Part shown: positions 1-12,978 of the stretch, piece after piece | Layout: every line of letters begins with the position of its first letter | How positions within the stretch are numbered: the first letter of the stretch is position 1 | From: Calcarisporiella thermophila CBS 279.70 | Lineage: Eukaryota > Fungi > Calcarisporiellomycota | Direction of reading: 5' to 3' | Assembly (NCBI RefSeq): GCF_041956535.1 | Contig: NW_027192197.1 | Location: 135,829 to 199,828 of the forward strand | Length of the DNA: 64,000 nucleotides | Translations under genes and position numbers: made by a program | Notes under the pieces: generated by a model | What the model saw: only the letters and a program-made list of their open reading frames with translations | Databases searched by the model: none | What the model was told of the DNA's origin: nothing

Positions 1-98
1 TATTAATCATCCATGAAATGAGACTTTTGAACTCAAGGTTTTAACGGTTTTAACTTTACACTTCCAGCTAAATAGACATTCTGCTATTTAAATGTGCA

Positions 99-1435
99 AT
101 GTCACAGCGGAATGACTATGTTCTGCTTTTACGCTCGACTGCGGCCACACCTTCAAGGGAAATGGGTTTGCCACTCTTGTCGATAAACAAATGGCACAGT
201 TCACTCTCACTTCAAGTAGGCCCCTATCATTCTCCTTATATTACTAATTACTGGAGCATTCCTTACAATGTTATGATACACAGGGACATTTAATAGACTC
301 CAATTGGTCAACTGTCCATGCTACTTCTAGCGGATTGATTTCGATGATAAATTGTAACGTGCCCTCCACTTTTTTTCGCCTCCTTATTGCTTCAGACCGC
401 GCCAATGCGAAAGCGGTAGTTGCGTATTCGACACAAAGAGAAAAATGCAAGCTGCCTATTGAAGAGAAGAAAATCATGACACCGGTATTTACTGTGGTAG
501 GGGATGAATGGAGATCCCGTGTCGGTAGAGACTTTCCATTCCGAACATATGGCATTATTACGCCCGCGCAAAGCGATGAGCTCGTCATCCAAGCATTCTC
601 AACCCATCCTGCCAAGACTAGACGGGACATCCTGGCGTCACTTAGTCCGTCCACGACCCAGACCAATGCCTCTTATTCATACAATAACGAAGGTGGCCCC
701 ACAAGCATTGGGGAAGATGGCAAATTCAACGCATTTTATATTATAGGGATTTTTGGGATAGCCGTGTTACTATTTGTGGTCATTTTCTGCTGGACACGTG
801 ATTTTATTTACTGCGCAAGGAGAAGGGAGAGGCAGGAGGGGGAAAATGAGAGCAGAGAAAACGAGAGGAGAGAAAGCATAGTTGTAATGCACTTGGTAAA
901 AGTTGGAAAAAGGCCACTTACTCTGAAAGAATTGGCGCGGATCCCGATCGTGCGGATACGAGATGAGCCTAAAGAGCAAACAGTTGAGAAGAAAGAGGCA
1001 GTGGTGGTGATTGAGAAGAAGGAGGAGGAGGAGGAGAGGGAGGAGGAACGGAATGAAAAGGAAGGGGCAGATACAGAGAAAAGTGGCCAAGAGAATAGTA
1101 TGAATAATGCCTCGACAACCAACCGGATGGATCACGAAGCCAGTGTCGAAGTAGCCAGCATAGATCGAGGATCACTTTGGAACGATGCCTGCTCGATCTG
1201 TTTGAACGAATTTGGGGCTAACACTCTTATTCGTTTATTACCCTGCCGACATGGATTTCACAGGTAGCGTTGCATCTTAAACTAATGATTATTTAGGAAT
1301 CAAAATGTTAAGCAGTAGATCTCTCTTTTTGCGGGTAGTGAATGTGTTGATAGCTGGCTCTTAGAAGAGGACGCTTTATGTCCTGTATGTAAGCAAGAAT
1401 GTCATCCGGATATAAATCAGGTGGATACCGTCTGA
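99..1435 (+). CDS. Transmembrane RING-H2 E3 ubiquitin ligase (PA-TM-RING-like); 5' end uncertain
   Basis: ORF 335..1267 has a TM helix (FYIIGIFGIAVLLFVVIFCW) and CSIC...LPCRHGFH. Splicing intron 1264..1338 completes the RING-H2 (SECVDSWLLEEDALCPVCK), stop at 1433-1435. A probable upstream intron ~236..283 links ORF 99..293. Confidence 0.85.
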
Positions 1436-1786
1436 CAGACCCATAAACCTGTACCTTCTACCTGGAACTTGGCCCCTCGGTGTTCATACCTCTAACCTAT
1501 TTCTATTGCATGCTCTTTGGAGGGATTTGTTTGTCTATGTAGCCGTGTAAATACCATCCTGCAAGTTGGTTTAGTATTTGAGTTATTTTACATCTAGTAA
1601 TAAGTTTTAAAGAGCGAGTGGTTGCATAGGAAGAAAACCTGGCAAATTTTTCTTTTGTGTTGAATCTCGCTTCCAAAGCATAATTTTGATGCTGTACTTG
1701 TGTAAATACAGATTATTTTATTGAATCCCATATAATTGCATATGAATTACATAGATTTTATTACAAAGAGGTGGGTGGATTTGGGT

Positions 1787-2224
1787 TTATTGGATGTGGA
1801 TGTGTTTGGCACCTTGGGCCTCGTCCTTCTCAAAGACGATCGTGAGGACCCCACCTTCAAATGTAGCCTTGGCCTCCTCGATCTTTAAATGGGGCGGGAG
1901 CCTGAAGCTTCTTTCGAAAATACCATGTCTCCTCTCCGTTACAATGTGGTTCACGCCCTCGGTTTCGTTAAATTGTGTATGATCACCTCTGATCGTGAGC
2001 ACCTGGTCATTCACATCGATGTTCACCTTCTCTTTGGGTACCCCTGGAAGCTCCATACTCACGATGATTGCCTTGTCAGTCTCGTAGATATCGGTGCGCG
2101 GCACCCAGCGAGAGGATGCCTTGGAAGAAGGGGTGCGAGTTGTGTGGGATTTGACAGGGAAAGTATCAACAAAGAAGTTGGGAGTAGAGTGGATCGGGGT
2201 GTATTGACTGATGATGAGAGGCAT
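1787..2224 (-). CDS. Small heat-shock protein (HSP20/alpha-crystallin family), intronless
   Basis: WVPRTDIYET...ELPGVPKEKVNIDV...ERRHGIFERSFRLP...ATFEGGVLTI motifs. ATG at 2224 lies just downstream of a TATA box. Confidence 0.95.
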   Translation of the reverse strand: MPLIISQYTPIHSTPNFFVDTFPVKSHTTRTPSSKASSRWVPRTDIYETDKAIIVSMELPGVPKEKVNIDVNDQVLTIRGDHTQFNETEGVNHIVTERRHGIFERSFRLPPHLKIEEAKATFEGGVLTIVFEKDEAQGAKHIHIQ

Positions 2225-2298
2225 TGTGTTGGAGTGGATATTCGTTTTGGTTGTTTGGTTGTAACAGTGTATTGAGGGAAGAAAAAATGAGTTGGGCA

Positions 2299-2351
2299 TT
2301 TATAGGTCGAGGGAAGGCGTCGTAAATTAATATTCTCGAATGTTCATGAAA
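2299..2351 (-). promoter_or_regulatory. HSP20 promoter: TATA box (2299-2304) and perfect four-unit heat-shock element (2332-2351)
   Basis: aTTCtcGAAtgTTCatGAAa gives alternating nGAAn units. A further GAAtaTTC is at 2372-2379, and TATAAA reads on the minus strand. Confidence 0.85.
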
Positions 2352-3634
2352 GGATATGAAATCGAAGTCACGAATATTCTACAAATTTCAAGAGCATTGT
2401 TATATCCGTCTGGCTCGGCTTACGACTCAACAGTACAAACACGTCATCCAAGCTTATTGTTCACCAGACATCCGGAGAGTTCAATTGCTGCCAAAACACA
2501 CGAGAACGGATGATGACATCAATACGCACTAGTACTGCCTCAGATACACTCCACCCATAATAGCTGACGACCATATACGTCTTCAATTTCTCAATAGCTT
2601 ACTTTGGCTCAGAGTTAACACGCCTCAATATACTCTCAATGGATAGGCAGATCATCAGTATGGAGAATGACGTTTGACAGATATCTCTCGGCCTCGTTGA
2701 ATTGATATTTTAAAAAAATTACAGCCGCACAGGGACGACCAAAATGAGTGGAAAAGAAGCGTATTTTTGCTCGGATCAGCAGTATTTGTAAGGATGAATA
2801 AATATTTCTAGGCTATAAAAAAATCCCATGGGCAGGCTGGAGAATATCCAAAAGCAAAATAAGTGCAGTTTTTAATTGGCTTTATGAGAGCTATCTCTTT
2901 TTTTTTTGTGGTCGCTAATCTTTACAAAATGAATCATGTTTCAACATGGTGCAACGACTTCGGCAGAAACAATGAGCTCGCAGCGTCAACAACAACCAAA
3001 GCATTTATCTCGCAAATCCGTTGGGTCCATTAATATTCCTCGACGAGTAGTCTCTGTTCACAGATCCGGTACTCCAAAAGGAAGATGGCGAGGGAAAGAG
3101 TGTCTTTAGCTTTATTCCTAGTTAGGAATAAGCTCTCACACATGATCTGTAGAGCCTAGAGGCAGCATTCTATTGTAATGTGGATCCGTAATCAACTAGA
3201 AGAAAGTAAAAGAAAAATAAAACAATCCATTACAAACATTTTATTAAAGAGAGAATTTATATATATTATATATAAAAGAAGTAAATATACAATGGGAGAA
3301 ATGGGGGGGGGGGGGGAGGCGAGCGGTCGGTATTGAATAGAATAAGAAAACGCACTAAGAAAATGCTATGTACCTCATTGAAATATCAAAATTTCCTTCA
3401 CTTCAGAAACGAGAGTACAGGGAGAGAACAGGGGTGGGGCGAGAGGCAGTAGAACGAAATACAACGCATGCGCAGTCGAGCAGGAAATATACGTACAGCT
3501 GAGAGAAGCGAATAAAGATAGTGCACAAAAGGGGGTGCGTACAGGAGGGCGAGCAGACTTCCGCAAATCCACGAGTCCCTTTGTCGTCGAATAGAGTCCA
3601 TTAATGTTCTGTTTCGGCCCCCGCTCGCCCGGGC

Positions 3635-4554
3635 CTACCGATTCACTCGCATCCCTTGTTGCTCTTGTTCCGTGGAGGGGGAGGCCTCCAACTCAAAGAG
3701 AGGAGGGGCACTGGGGGTATAAACGGGGGGCGCATCGTCGTGGTAGGGAGGGTTGAACGGCGCTTCGTATTCGCCATCTGAGTATTGTATGTCGTTTTTC
3801 AAGTGACCTACGGGAGTGGACAGGAGCACCACCGTGTGCATGTTGCGCAATGGAACTGCCTCGCCCACAACCTGGTGCTGTTGGCTGGTTGTTGCGTAAC
3901 TCGCAAAATCCTGGTAATGGCTAGAACTCGAAGACACGCTCGCAGGAGGCACACTGGGCTCTGAAATCACCAAAGTCGTATCGGAGGTATGTTCGCGTGT
4001 TTGAGGTGATTGTGGGGGTAGCCGAGGCGATGTTGATGGTAGATCCGAGGTAGGCTTGAAAGTGCTATCGGAACTATCGGCGTCGTGAATAGAGTCTGAG
4101 GATCGGCTTCGACTGCGATAATATAGGAGAGCGCTGATGAAGATGAGGATAACGATGAAGACGGAGCCGATGACGCTAAAGGAGATGATGGTGATGTGTA
4201 GTGTGTTTTCTTCCTAGAAGGAGGATTAACCATGTGAGCACTCAATCCAATGAATAATGGAGCACATCCCAATCATCATACCTCTTTTATTAATTTTTTC
4301 CCATTTTCCAGCTGAATCTCTAGTTCTCTCTCCTCTCTTTCTCTCTCTGACACAATGTTGTCTGTTGCCCGTGTTGGGATTTCCAATGTGGGTGAGGAGG
4401 TTGGAGGCGATATAGAGCGGGATAGGGTAGATGAAACTGCGCTTGGTCCCCTTGTATGGTCCAGCTGGCCAGATGGAGCGGCGATGGCAGCGGCATCCAT
4501 CATGGAGAGCAGACAAAGGGCCAACACAGGTGATAGGATGCGATGTAGTCTCAT
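3635..4554 (-). CDS. Type I single-pass membrane protein with cytosolic PPxY/PSAP motifs
   Basis: Exon 4554..4282 carries a signal peptide (MRLHRILSPVLALCLLS). After GT-AG intron 4281..4214, exon 2 reads ITIISFSVIGSVFIVILIFISALLYYRSRSRS, in frame with ORF 3635..3973 (PPVYTPSAPP). Confidence 0.8.
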
Positions 4555-5209
4555 GGTGACAACTACTCGCTAACCTGCTAGTTGATTTGAAGAATGATGT
4601 TCTTTTCCAGGGCGGAGAGCGGCTCCCAAAGACAATCAATGGGGGGCAGAATTAATTAGTGGAGAGACGATACAAGATTAGGGGATAGGATGCAGAGGGA
4701 GGGCAAGGCTACGGGGACATGGATGGCAGCTTGAAGGGGGAAGAGAGGCAAAAAAGGGGAAGAAGGGAAGTGTGAAAAAAACAAACGACCACGCACCCGA
4801 AAAAATTCTACTTTTTCTGTTTGGAAAAATCCAAATGGTACCATGTGGAGTCCTGAAATTCCCTTTTGGAAAACGTCATGCTTGTTGACGATGCCTCGTA
4901 ATCAATAAATTGTTTCAGCAAAAGAGGCGGCGGTTTCTCGTCCTCCGCTTATCCCAAACACATCGTTGAGCCGGCCCGTCTCCTGAAACCACTTTGAGCA
5001 ACGGAGATATTACAGCCCTATAAACCGCGCTGCTTAGCTCGCTCAACATCTCCCTCACAATCAGTATGCTTAATGCCGGAAGAATGTACGGCGCATGCAA
5101 CAGGCTCGCCATGAGCTCATTACGCTCGCGATGGATCGCTTTCTAAATGTTAGGTCGAGCGGGGGAAATGATTAGAATCAATACCCAGAGACGCGAGGAG
5201 CGCCACCTC

Positions 5210-5793
5210 CTATGCTGCTTGATGTGGCCTTACCTCATCATGCACTTCCTCCTCGGCCCATCTCTTGACCAAGCTTAAATAGCCTTCTTTCATATTCCCG
5301 ATGTTTTCTGCCTCCTCAATACACATTTCTAGCTCCAGCTTGCCCAACAACCACGCAACAAAGTGCCCACAATTCCTCCCCAACACATTGTACTTTCCCT
5401 CCTCCGTCCACCGCTTCAGCATCTCCTGGAGCCACTCCTCATCAATGGGCGTAGACCGACAGCCAACTAGCATTGGAAACCGGCGGAGGGGATCTCGCCA
5501 GTATGGAATCTGCAGCTGCTGTGTCCGGAGTTTTCCCTCAACGTTCAAAAGACAGAAGGAGGTGCGTGCTTCAGGCACCCCCCATTCTATGCGGTATATT
5601 CTATGGAAGGTCTGGTTGGCATTAAAGAGATGAGTTCGGAAACATGCACAAAAAGAGATTTGGAGGAATAGAGCCGTACCTGTGTACAAATTTCCAGTAC
5701 AATGTAAATATGATGTAGAAGTGGCGAAAGCGACGCAATGTTGTGACTTAGTGGAACCGGCAATGGTTCACACCCAATATATACAGAAAGCAT
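5210..5793 (-). CDS. PPPDE/DeSI-like cysteine isopeptidase
   Basis: Exon 1 (MLSVYIG...LHHIYIVLE) is joined through intron ~5679..5613 to ORF 5210..5689, which has YNVLGRNCGHF (family motif NCNHF). His and Cys dyad candidates are present. Confidence 0.75.
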
Positions 5794-6794
5794 TATATTA
5801 CAAGATGTATTCTATTCTATTTTATTTTATTTTTGCTTGCACACCCGCGGATCTCTATATTTCGTTTGGGAGGAAAAGGAAGAAGGAAGGGTGAGAAAAG
5901 ATTCTCGAGCAGATATATGAAAGGGAGAGCATCGAGAACAAGTAGAAGCGATGAAAATAAAAACCAGCGGAAACAAATGAATAGCTTCGGCTTCACCCTG
6001 AGATGTCCTCCTCCCGAAGGTACCAACCATATCCTGGGTTGTCCCGAAATCCTCGGATTCCCTCTCCACTTCGGAGTGCAAATAACCCCTTTGGTGCCGG
6101 AGTGTCCATACACAAAAAGGGTATCCAAATCGGAATCGGATTGGTTATAAAAAGGAAATCTATTTGCCTTAAAGTACCAATTATCTCGTAGTTATAAAGT
6201 GTTGCCCCACAGGAGCTCTTTTACCAGCTGGGGGGAGGAGACGCATTCCGATCCAGCCTAATCCTCGTGCAATTGATTAGAAGAAAGGATTTGTTATGAC
6301 CCAATTCAATTCATAGGCAACGCTTACCTCATTCCGCCTCTGCTGTACTTGATGCAGTGATTTCCTCGCATAAATTGAGAACTAAGTATAGGGTCCAAAC
6401 TGAGAGGAAAGCAGCAAAAAGGGCCTGCACTTTTGAAATCATGCATTTGGAATTCTTCGGTGCATGCATGCATTGGTTTATCATGTGAGATTAGATGTCT
6501 ATCTTTAGGGACTTGCAGGCAGCTTTAATGTGTTTGCATGAGAAGGGTCTATTTTATAGAGTCAAAGTCACACCTTTGACAACCTCAATTAGCCCCCAAG
6601 GCCGTAGAAAGATATGAGGCAGTAATCGAATGCTTTTCAGAAAAAGACTAAGGAAGCCATTGAAAAATATTTGTCAAAAAAAGGGATTTTCTCTACAGCA
6701 TATATGTGTACATAGGTGCATCTATACAGATAGGGGGAAACATAGGAGAGGAAAAAGAAAAAAAAAGGAATATTAGAGTCCATTTGTGCTTTTG

Positions 6795-7474
6795 TCATTT
6801 CCCCTTGAACATTTTCAAAAATAAACCACTCTTTCTTTTCCGTTTGCGCTTTCTGTTAAGAAGATAGTCCACTTGTTTCCTATTTAATGCACCTCTTCTG
6901 TGCTTACGTATGAACTCGATTGCATCCTATATAATACCAAAACCTCAATTTAGAGTGACCAAGCGCCCAGTATCCAATGTCGCTTACGTAGGGATCCATT
7001 CCTTCGTCAATCAAGGAAATCGCCACCAGAACCTACAAGATCAAATCATCATTATTATAGAGACACGTGGTTTTATATTTTGATTCGAAACATCTCTATG
7101 AGCATGATCTTTTCCGTTCCTTCTAGAGACAATGAGGATGGACTTACCGGTGCTCTCCCGATTCCCGATACGCAATGCACCGCTACTACTCCATGATTTT
7201 CAAACACTCGATTCGTCAGTGCAAGCCATTTCTCCACAACTTCCTCTGGCGGCGGCTCCCCATCTGCGAATTTCAAATCATCATGTACGTAGATCCCCGC
7301 GTCGCGGAGCGGAGAAGAGTCATAGTACGACTGATCACATATACGAACGATGTCGGTGACTCCTTCAGATTGCAGCCGAGGCAAGTACTTCAATGCAATC
7401 GTATCATCATCAGGGCAATCCACAATGAGAAAACGTTTCGAAGGATGTTGGGTGTGTTGAATAGTGGAGAACAT
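6795..7474 (-). CDS. PRL/PTP4A-type protein tyrosine phosphatase; start uncertain
   Basis: RFLIVDCP, FADGEPPP and P-loop HCVSGIGRAP, followed by spliced exons VLVAISLIDEGMDPY and DAIEFIRKHRRGALNRKQ...KMFKGK*. Confidence 0.9.
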
Positions 7475-7972
7475 TCCGTCTTGGAACCTAAAATTGACCT
7501 TAATTGGGCGCAATTAATTCAAGACGGGAGAAATGGACCGTTTAGGTGATCTTGGCTATTAAATAAACTAAGTAGGATCGGGGTTTCAATGTTCAGAAAT
7601 GGTAAAGCTATACGGGCCCCTAAACACTCCGCATTAATTGAATTTCTACAGACGGCTAATGAAACTCTGGAGACGCAGGGGGATCGATCTCTGGCCCATC
7701 GCTCCTCCCTCCGCTTTCCCGTTTCCATAGCGCGGTTGCTCACCTACGCTTTGCGGTATATCCCCATACGGATAGGGTACCGGTGGGATCCTCCATCTAA
7801 CGAAAAGAGTTCTTTTAATTACAAAGAGGAAAAAAAGAAACAAATACTTTGATGTGGGTAATAGAAAAAAATAAAAAGAAATAAAAAGGAATATACTATA
7901 AAACAATGGGAGCAATAACGAGAAATAAAAGAAGGAGGAGAAATAAAAATAATGGTGGCGGAGAATCTATAT

Positions 7973-8981
7973 TTATACCAACAGCACGGCATTGATGCAC
8001 CCATCATTCTCAGGGTTGTTGGTCACTTGTGCGTACTTGCCCCAAATGACCTTGCCACTCTGCGATACCAGCCCCAACTCGCTGACATTCACCTCCAACA
8101 CGGTTCCCTTGGTGATGACGCCCAAGTTTGTGTAGAGAGGATTCTGCGGATTCTTCTTCACGCCAATGATGGGAAGGAAGAATGTGGCCTTCAGCTCGGG
8201 GTGTGTCACGTGCGCTTTCTTGAAACGCAGTGCCATGGGCCGGATGAATCTCTCTCTCTTCGGGTTGGCACGTGTGAAGCCCTCGCCCACATAGGTGACC
8301 TTGGTGACCATACGCTTCCACTGCTTCGAATTCTTTTTGCCCGTCTTAAGGACCTTGAACATCTCATCCTCGGCAATACCGCGCACCTTTGGCAAGGGAA
8401 CGTTCCACTTGCCAGCCTTTTCGGCACGTTTCTGCTTGATCATATTGGACAAGATCTTGGCACGTTGCTGCTCCTCACGATCGAGAAGATAGGCTGGGAC
8501 AGCCCCCTCTGGAACTGCATTGCCATCCTTCTGTTTCGCATTCTTCTCCTCGTGCTGCTTGATACTATTGTGATATTAATGGTCAGGACGATGAGGACAA
8601 AAAAAAAGGAGAGATCAGGGGGAAACAAATTGAAAAACGTACGTCTTCTTCATTTGAATCTTCTCTGCATGACGTTTCTTGTTATAGAGCTTAGCCTTAA
8701 TGCCATGGACCTTCTGAGCAAATTCGGACGACTTGTGGGCCTGACGAGCCTCCCTCTTCCGCCTAGACACATCGGTTGAAGTTTTGGGTTAGCTTGTGAG
8801 GCGTAAGGCTCAATGGGAGGGGCAGATCAAGGACACTTACTTTCTCTCCTCGTAATCTAGACGCCTACCATGGCGTTTGATCGACTCCTCAATGTATTCG
8901 TTCTGCGGCTATTGTTTCGAAAATAAGATTGGGTTAATTCATGCATGTTCAATCCGCATCACTAAGAGAATGCTATACCAT
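7973..8981 (-). CDS. NSA2: Ribosome biogenesis protein Nsa2
   Basis: ATG-only first coding exon (8981-8979), then [23 protein letters not shown]-terminus [22 protein letters not shown]. Confidence 0.97.
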
Positions 8982-9186
8982 AGCGATTAAATGTTAGGCC
9001 TTGGAGAAGTTATGAAAAAGAGGTCAAACAAAAGAATTTCATTTTTCTTGTTTACTCTCTCATCCGCTTCCAAATCGTGGCTTAGCACATCCCATCTGCA
9101 GTTCGTCTTGATCCCATCCCTACTTGGGTGGCCTGCCGGTTCCCTCCTTTTCCCAATCTTCGTGAAGCGCATCCATCCGTCCTAAA

Positions 9187-9982
9187 ATGCCGCCGAAGCT
9201 CGATCCCAACGAAGTCAAGATCTGTAAGTTCTCCAGCGTTTTTGCTTGATGGATGGCATTGGGAGAGTGAAGATGGACTCTCCCCTCGGGAATTAAGACC
9301 TCTTGGCCATCGCATTATGACATCGGGTTAGGTGCTAATCTTGAGCATTTTCCTATGGGTAGTGTACCTCCGTACAACCGGTGGTGAGGTCGGCGCTTCC
9401 TCTTCTCTCGCTCCCAAGATCGGTCCTCTTGGATTGGTAAGTAGCCCATATGGAAGGATAGATGGATCCAGGTCTGATTTGCTCATCGCATCGTCTCGAT
9501 CATGATCTATGTAGTCCCCTAAGAAAGTTGGTGAAGACATTGCCAAGGCCACCGGCGACTGGAAAGGTCTTCGCGTGACCGTCAAGCTTACTATCCAGAA
9601 CCGTCAGGCTGCCGTCTCCGTTGTCCCCTCCGCCTCCTCCCTTGTGATCAAGGCCCTTAAGGAACCCCCTCGTGACCGCAAGAAGGAGAAGAATATTAAG
9701 CACACGGGCAACCTGTCGCTCGACGACGTGATTGATATTGCTCGGCAGATGCGGTTCAAGAGTTTGGCTCGTGAGTTGAAGGGGACAGTGAAGGAGATCC
9801 TGGGAACTTGCTTCAGTGTTGGATGCACGGTCAATGGTAAGTTTTTATTTTTTTTCGAGAAAAAAATAAACTCAATCGTCGGATCGAATGCTTACTCTTT
9901 TGTGCCCTTGTGCTCAGGTCAAAGTCCCAAGGACATCAGCGACCAGATCGAGGAGGGCGAGATCGAAATCCCTGAGGAGTAA
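9187..9982 (+). CDS. RPL12: 60S ribosomal protein L12 (uL11)
   Basis: [12 protein letters not shown]|[25 protein letters not shown]|[32 protein letters not shown]...EIEIPEE*, with three GT-AG introns. Confidence 0.98.
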
Positions 9983-10294
9983 AAAAATAAAAAAAATAAA
10001 AGTCTTCAGTGATGGTTGCCTACTGTTTCTAATAAACAAACTATTTAAAAAGCACCCTAGGAAAAAAAAAATCATCTGGAAGGTTCAATCTTTCTCTCTT
10101 TAATTTCCTTATAAACACAGCAAAGGGTAATAAGAGTGATGCAGGAGAAAAAAAAAGGGCATGCATTCCAAGAAAATAAAATAGTTTTCAATACCATTAC
10201 ATTAAACACAAGAAAAGACGAGGGAAGACAGGAGGATTAAAAGAAAAAACAAAGAGAAACACATATTTACGTTGTAAATGCAAGTTTATTCGTC

Positions 10295-12042
<1,748 letters not shown>

Positions 12043-12978
12043 TGGAGCATTAGAGTTGTTTGTTTCCATCGTGTAGGGAAGTAGGGAAGTAGAGCTGGGC
12101 GTAAAGGAAAAACAAGAATTGGGGACGGCCGATCTATGGAAAGCAGGGAGATACTACGATCGATATAAGGGAAAGAGACACGAGCGAAATACAAAAATTG
12201 CGATGGAGCCCATACGTCATTGTTTCATTACCTCAAAGCTTCGCTTGGTTTCAGAAGCCATCAGACCAAGTGATAGTCCTTGTGTGTCGGCCTCTCGTGT
12301 CGTCATCCCTACCTCCCTCTCCGCCTCTCCCTCCACGGCGAGATTCGAGCGGCAGGCGGAGCTCTGCCAATCAGCAAAATTGGTCTCGAAGGAAAAAACG
12401 CTTGCCTTGCCGGATTCGAATCTTACGTTGAACTCTACGCGCTTTGCCGCTCTTCATTTTCGGACTATTTTTGATTCGGGGCCGCATATGGGCGAGTCAA
12501 GCGAGCCCAAATATCTCGACTCTGAAGTATCAAGAAAAAATTCTCCTTAGGAAACGCTTCCTAGTGTGCCCATCCATCTTTCTCATCATCGAAATTCCTG
12601 CCCCTTGCTCGATCTTCCCATTGAATCGTTTCCCTGCAGTGTGATTTTGCCTTGCCCTCCATCCCCGCATCCCCCTTGATCCTGTTGACTTTGTTCCCGC
12701 TGCTCCTCTCGATTAGTTCTCCCATTGTAGCCTTAGCAGTCCTCTCCTCTCTCCCCCATCCCATACTACCTGTTCTCGCTCTCGGCATCAGCCACTATCG
12801 CACAGGGTGGGCCGAATTTTCGCCATCATCTTGTGCTTCCACCGTTAGATCCACCCCTTGCTCTCCCTGTGTCTCTATTTCAGTTTCCACCCTAATTTCC
12901 TCTAGCTCGATTCCTTTTTCCCATCATCCATACTCCAAGGGGGCTTACCCAACTATATTTCTAATTGTATAATCCACT

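Noticed and set aside
2506-2572. Possible intergenic C/D snoRNA (ATGATGA...CTGA) with CCACCCATA complementary to an 18S rRNA segment
   Set aside because: No terminal stem, only 9 nt of complementarity, and the match is not correctly spaced from box D. Likely chance.
3108-3134. Inverted repeat TTATTCCTA-gt-TAGGAATAA
   Set aside because: An isolated short palindrome with no target-site duplication or second copy. Insufficient for a MITE.
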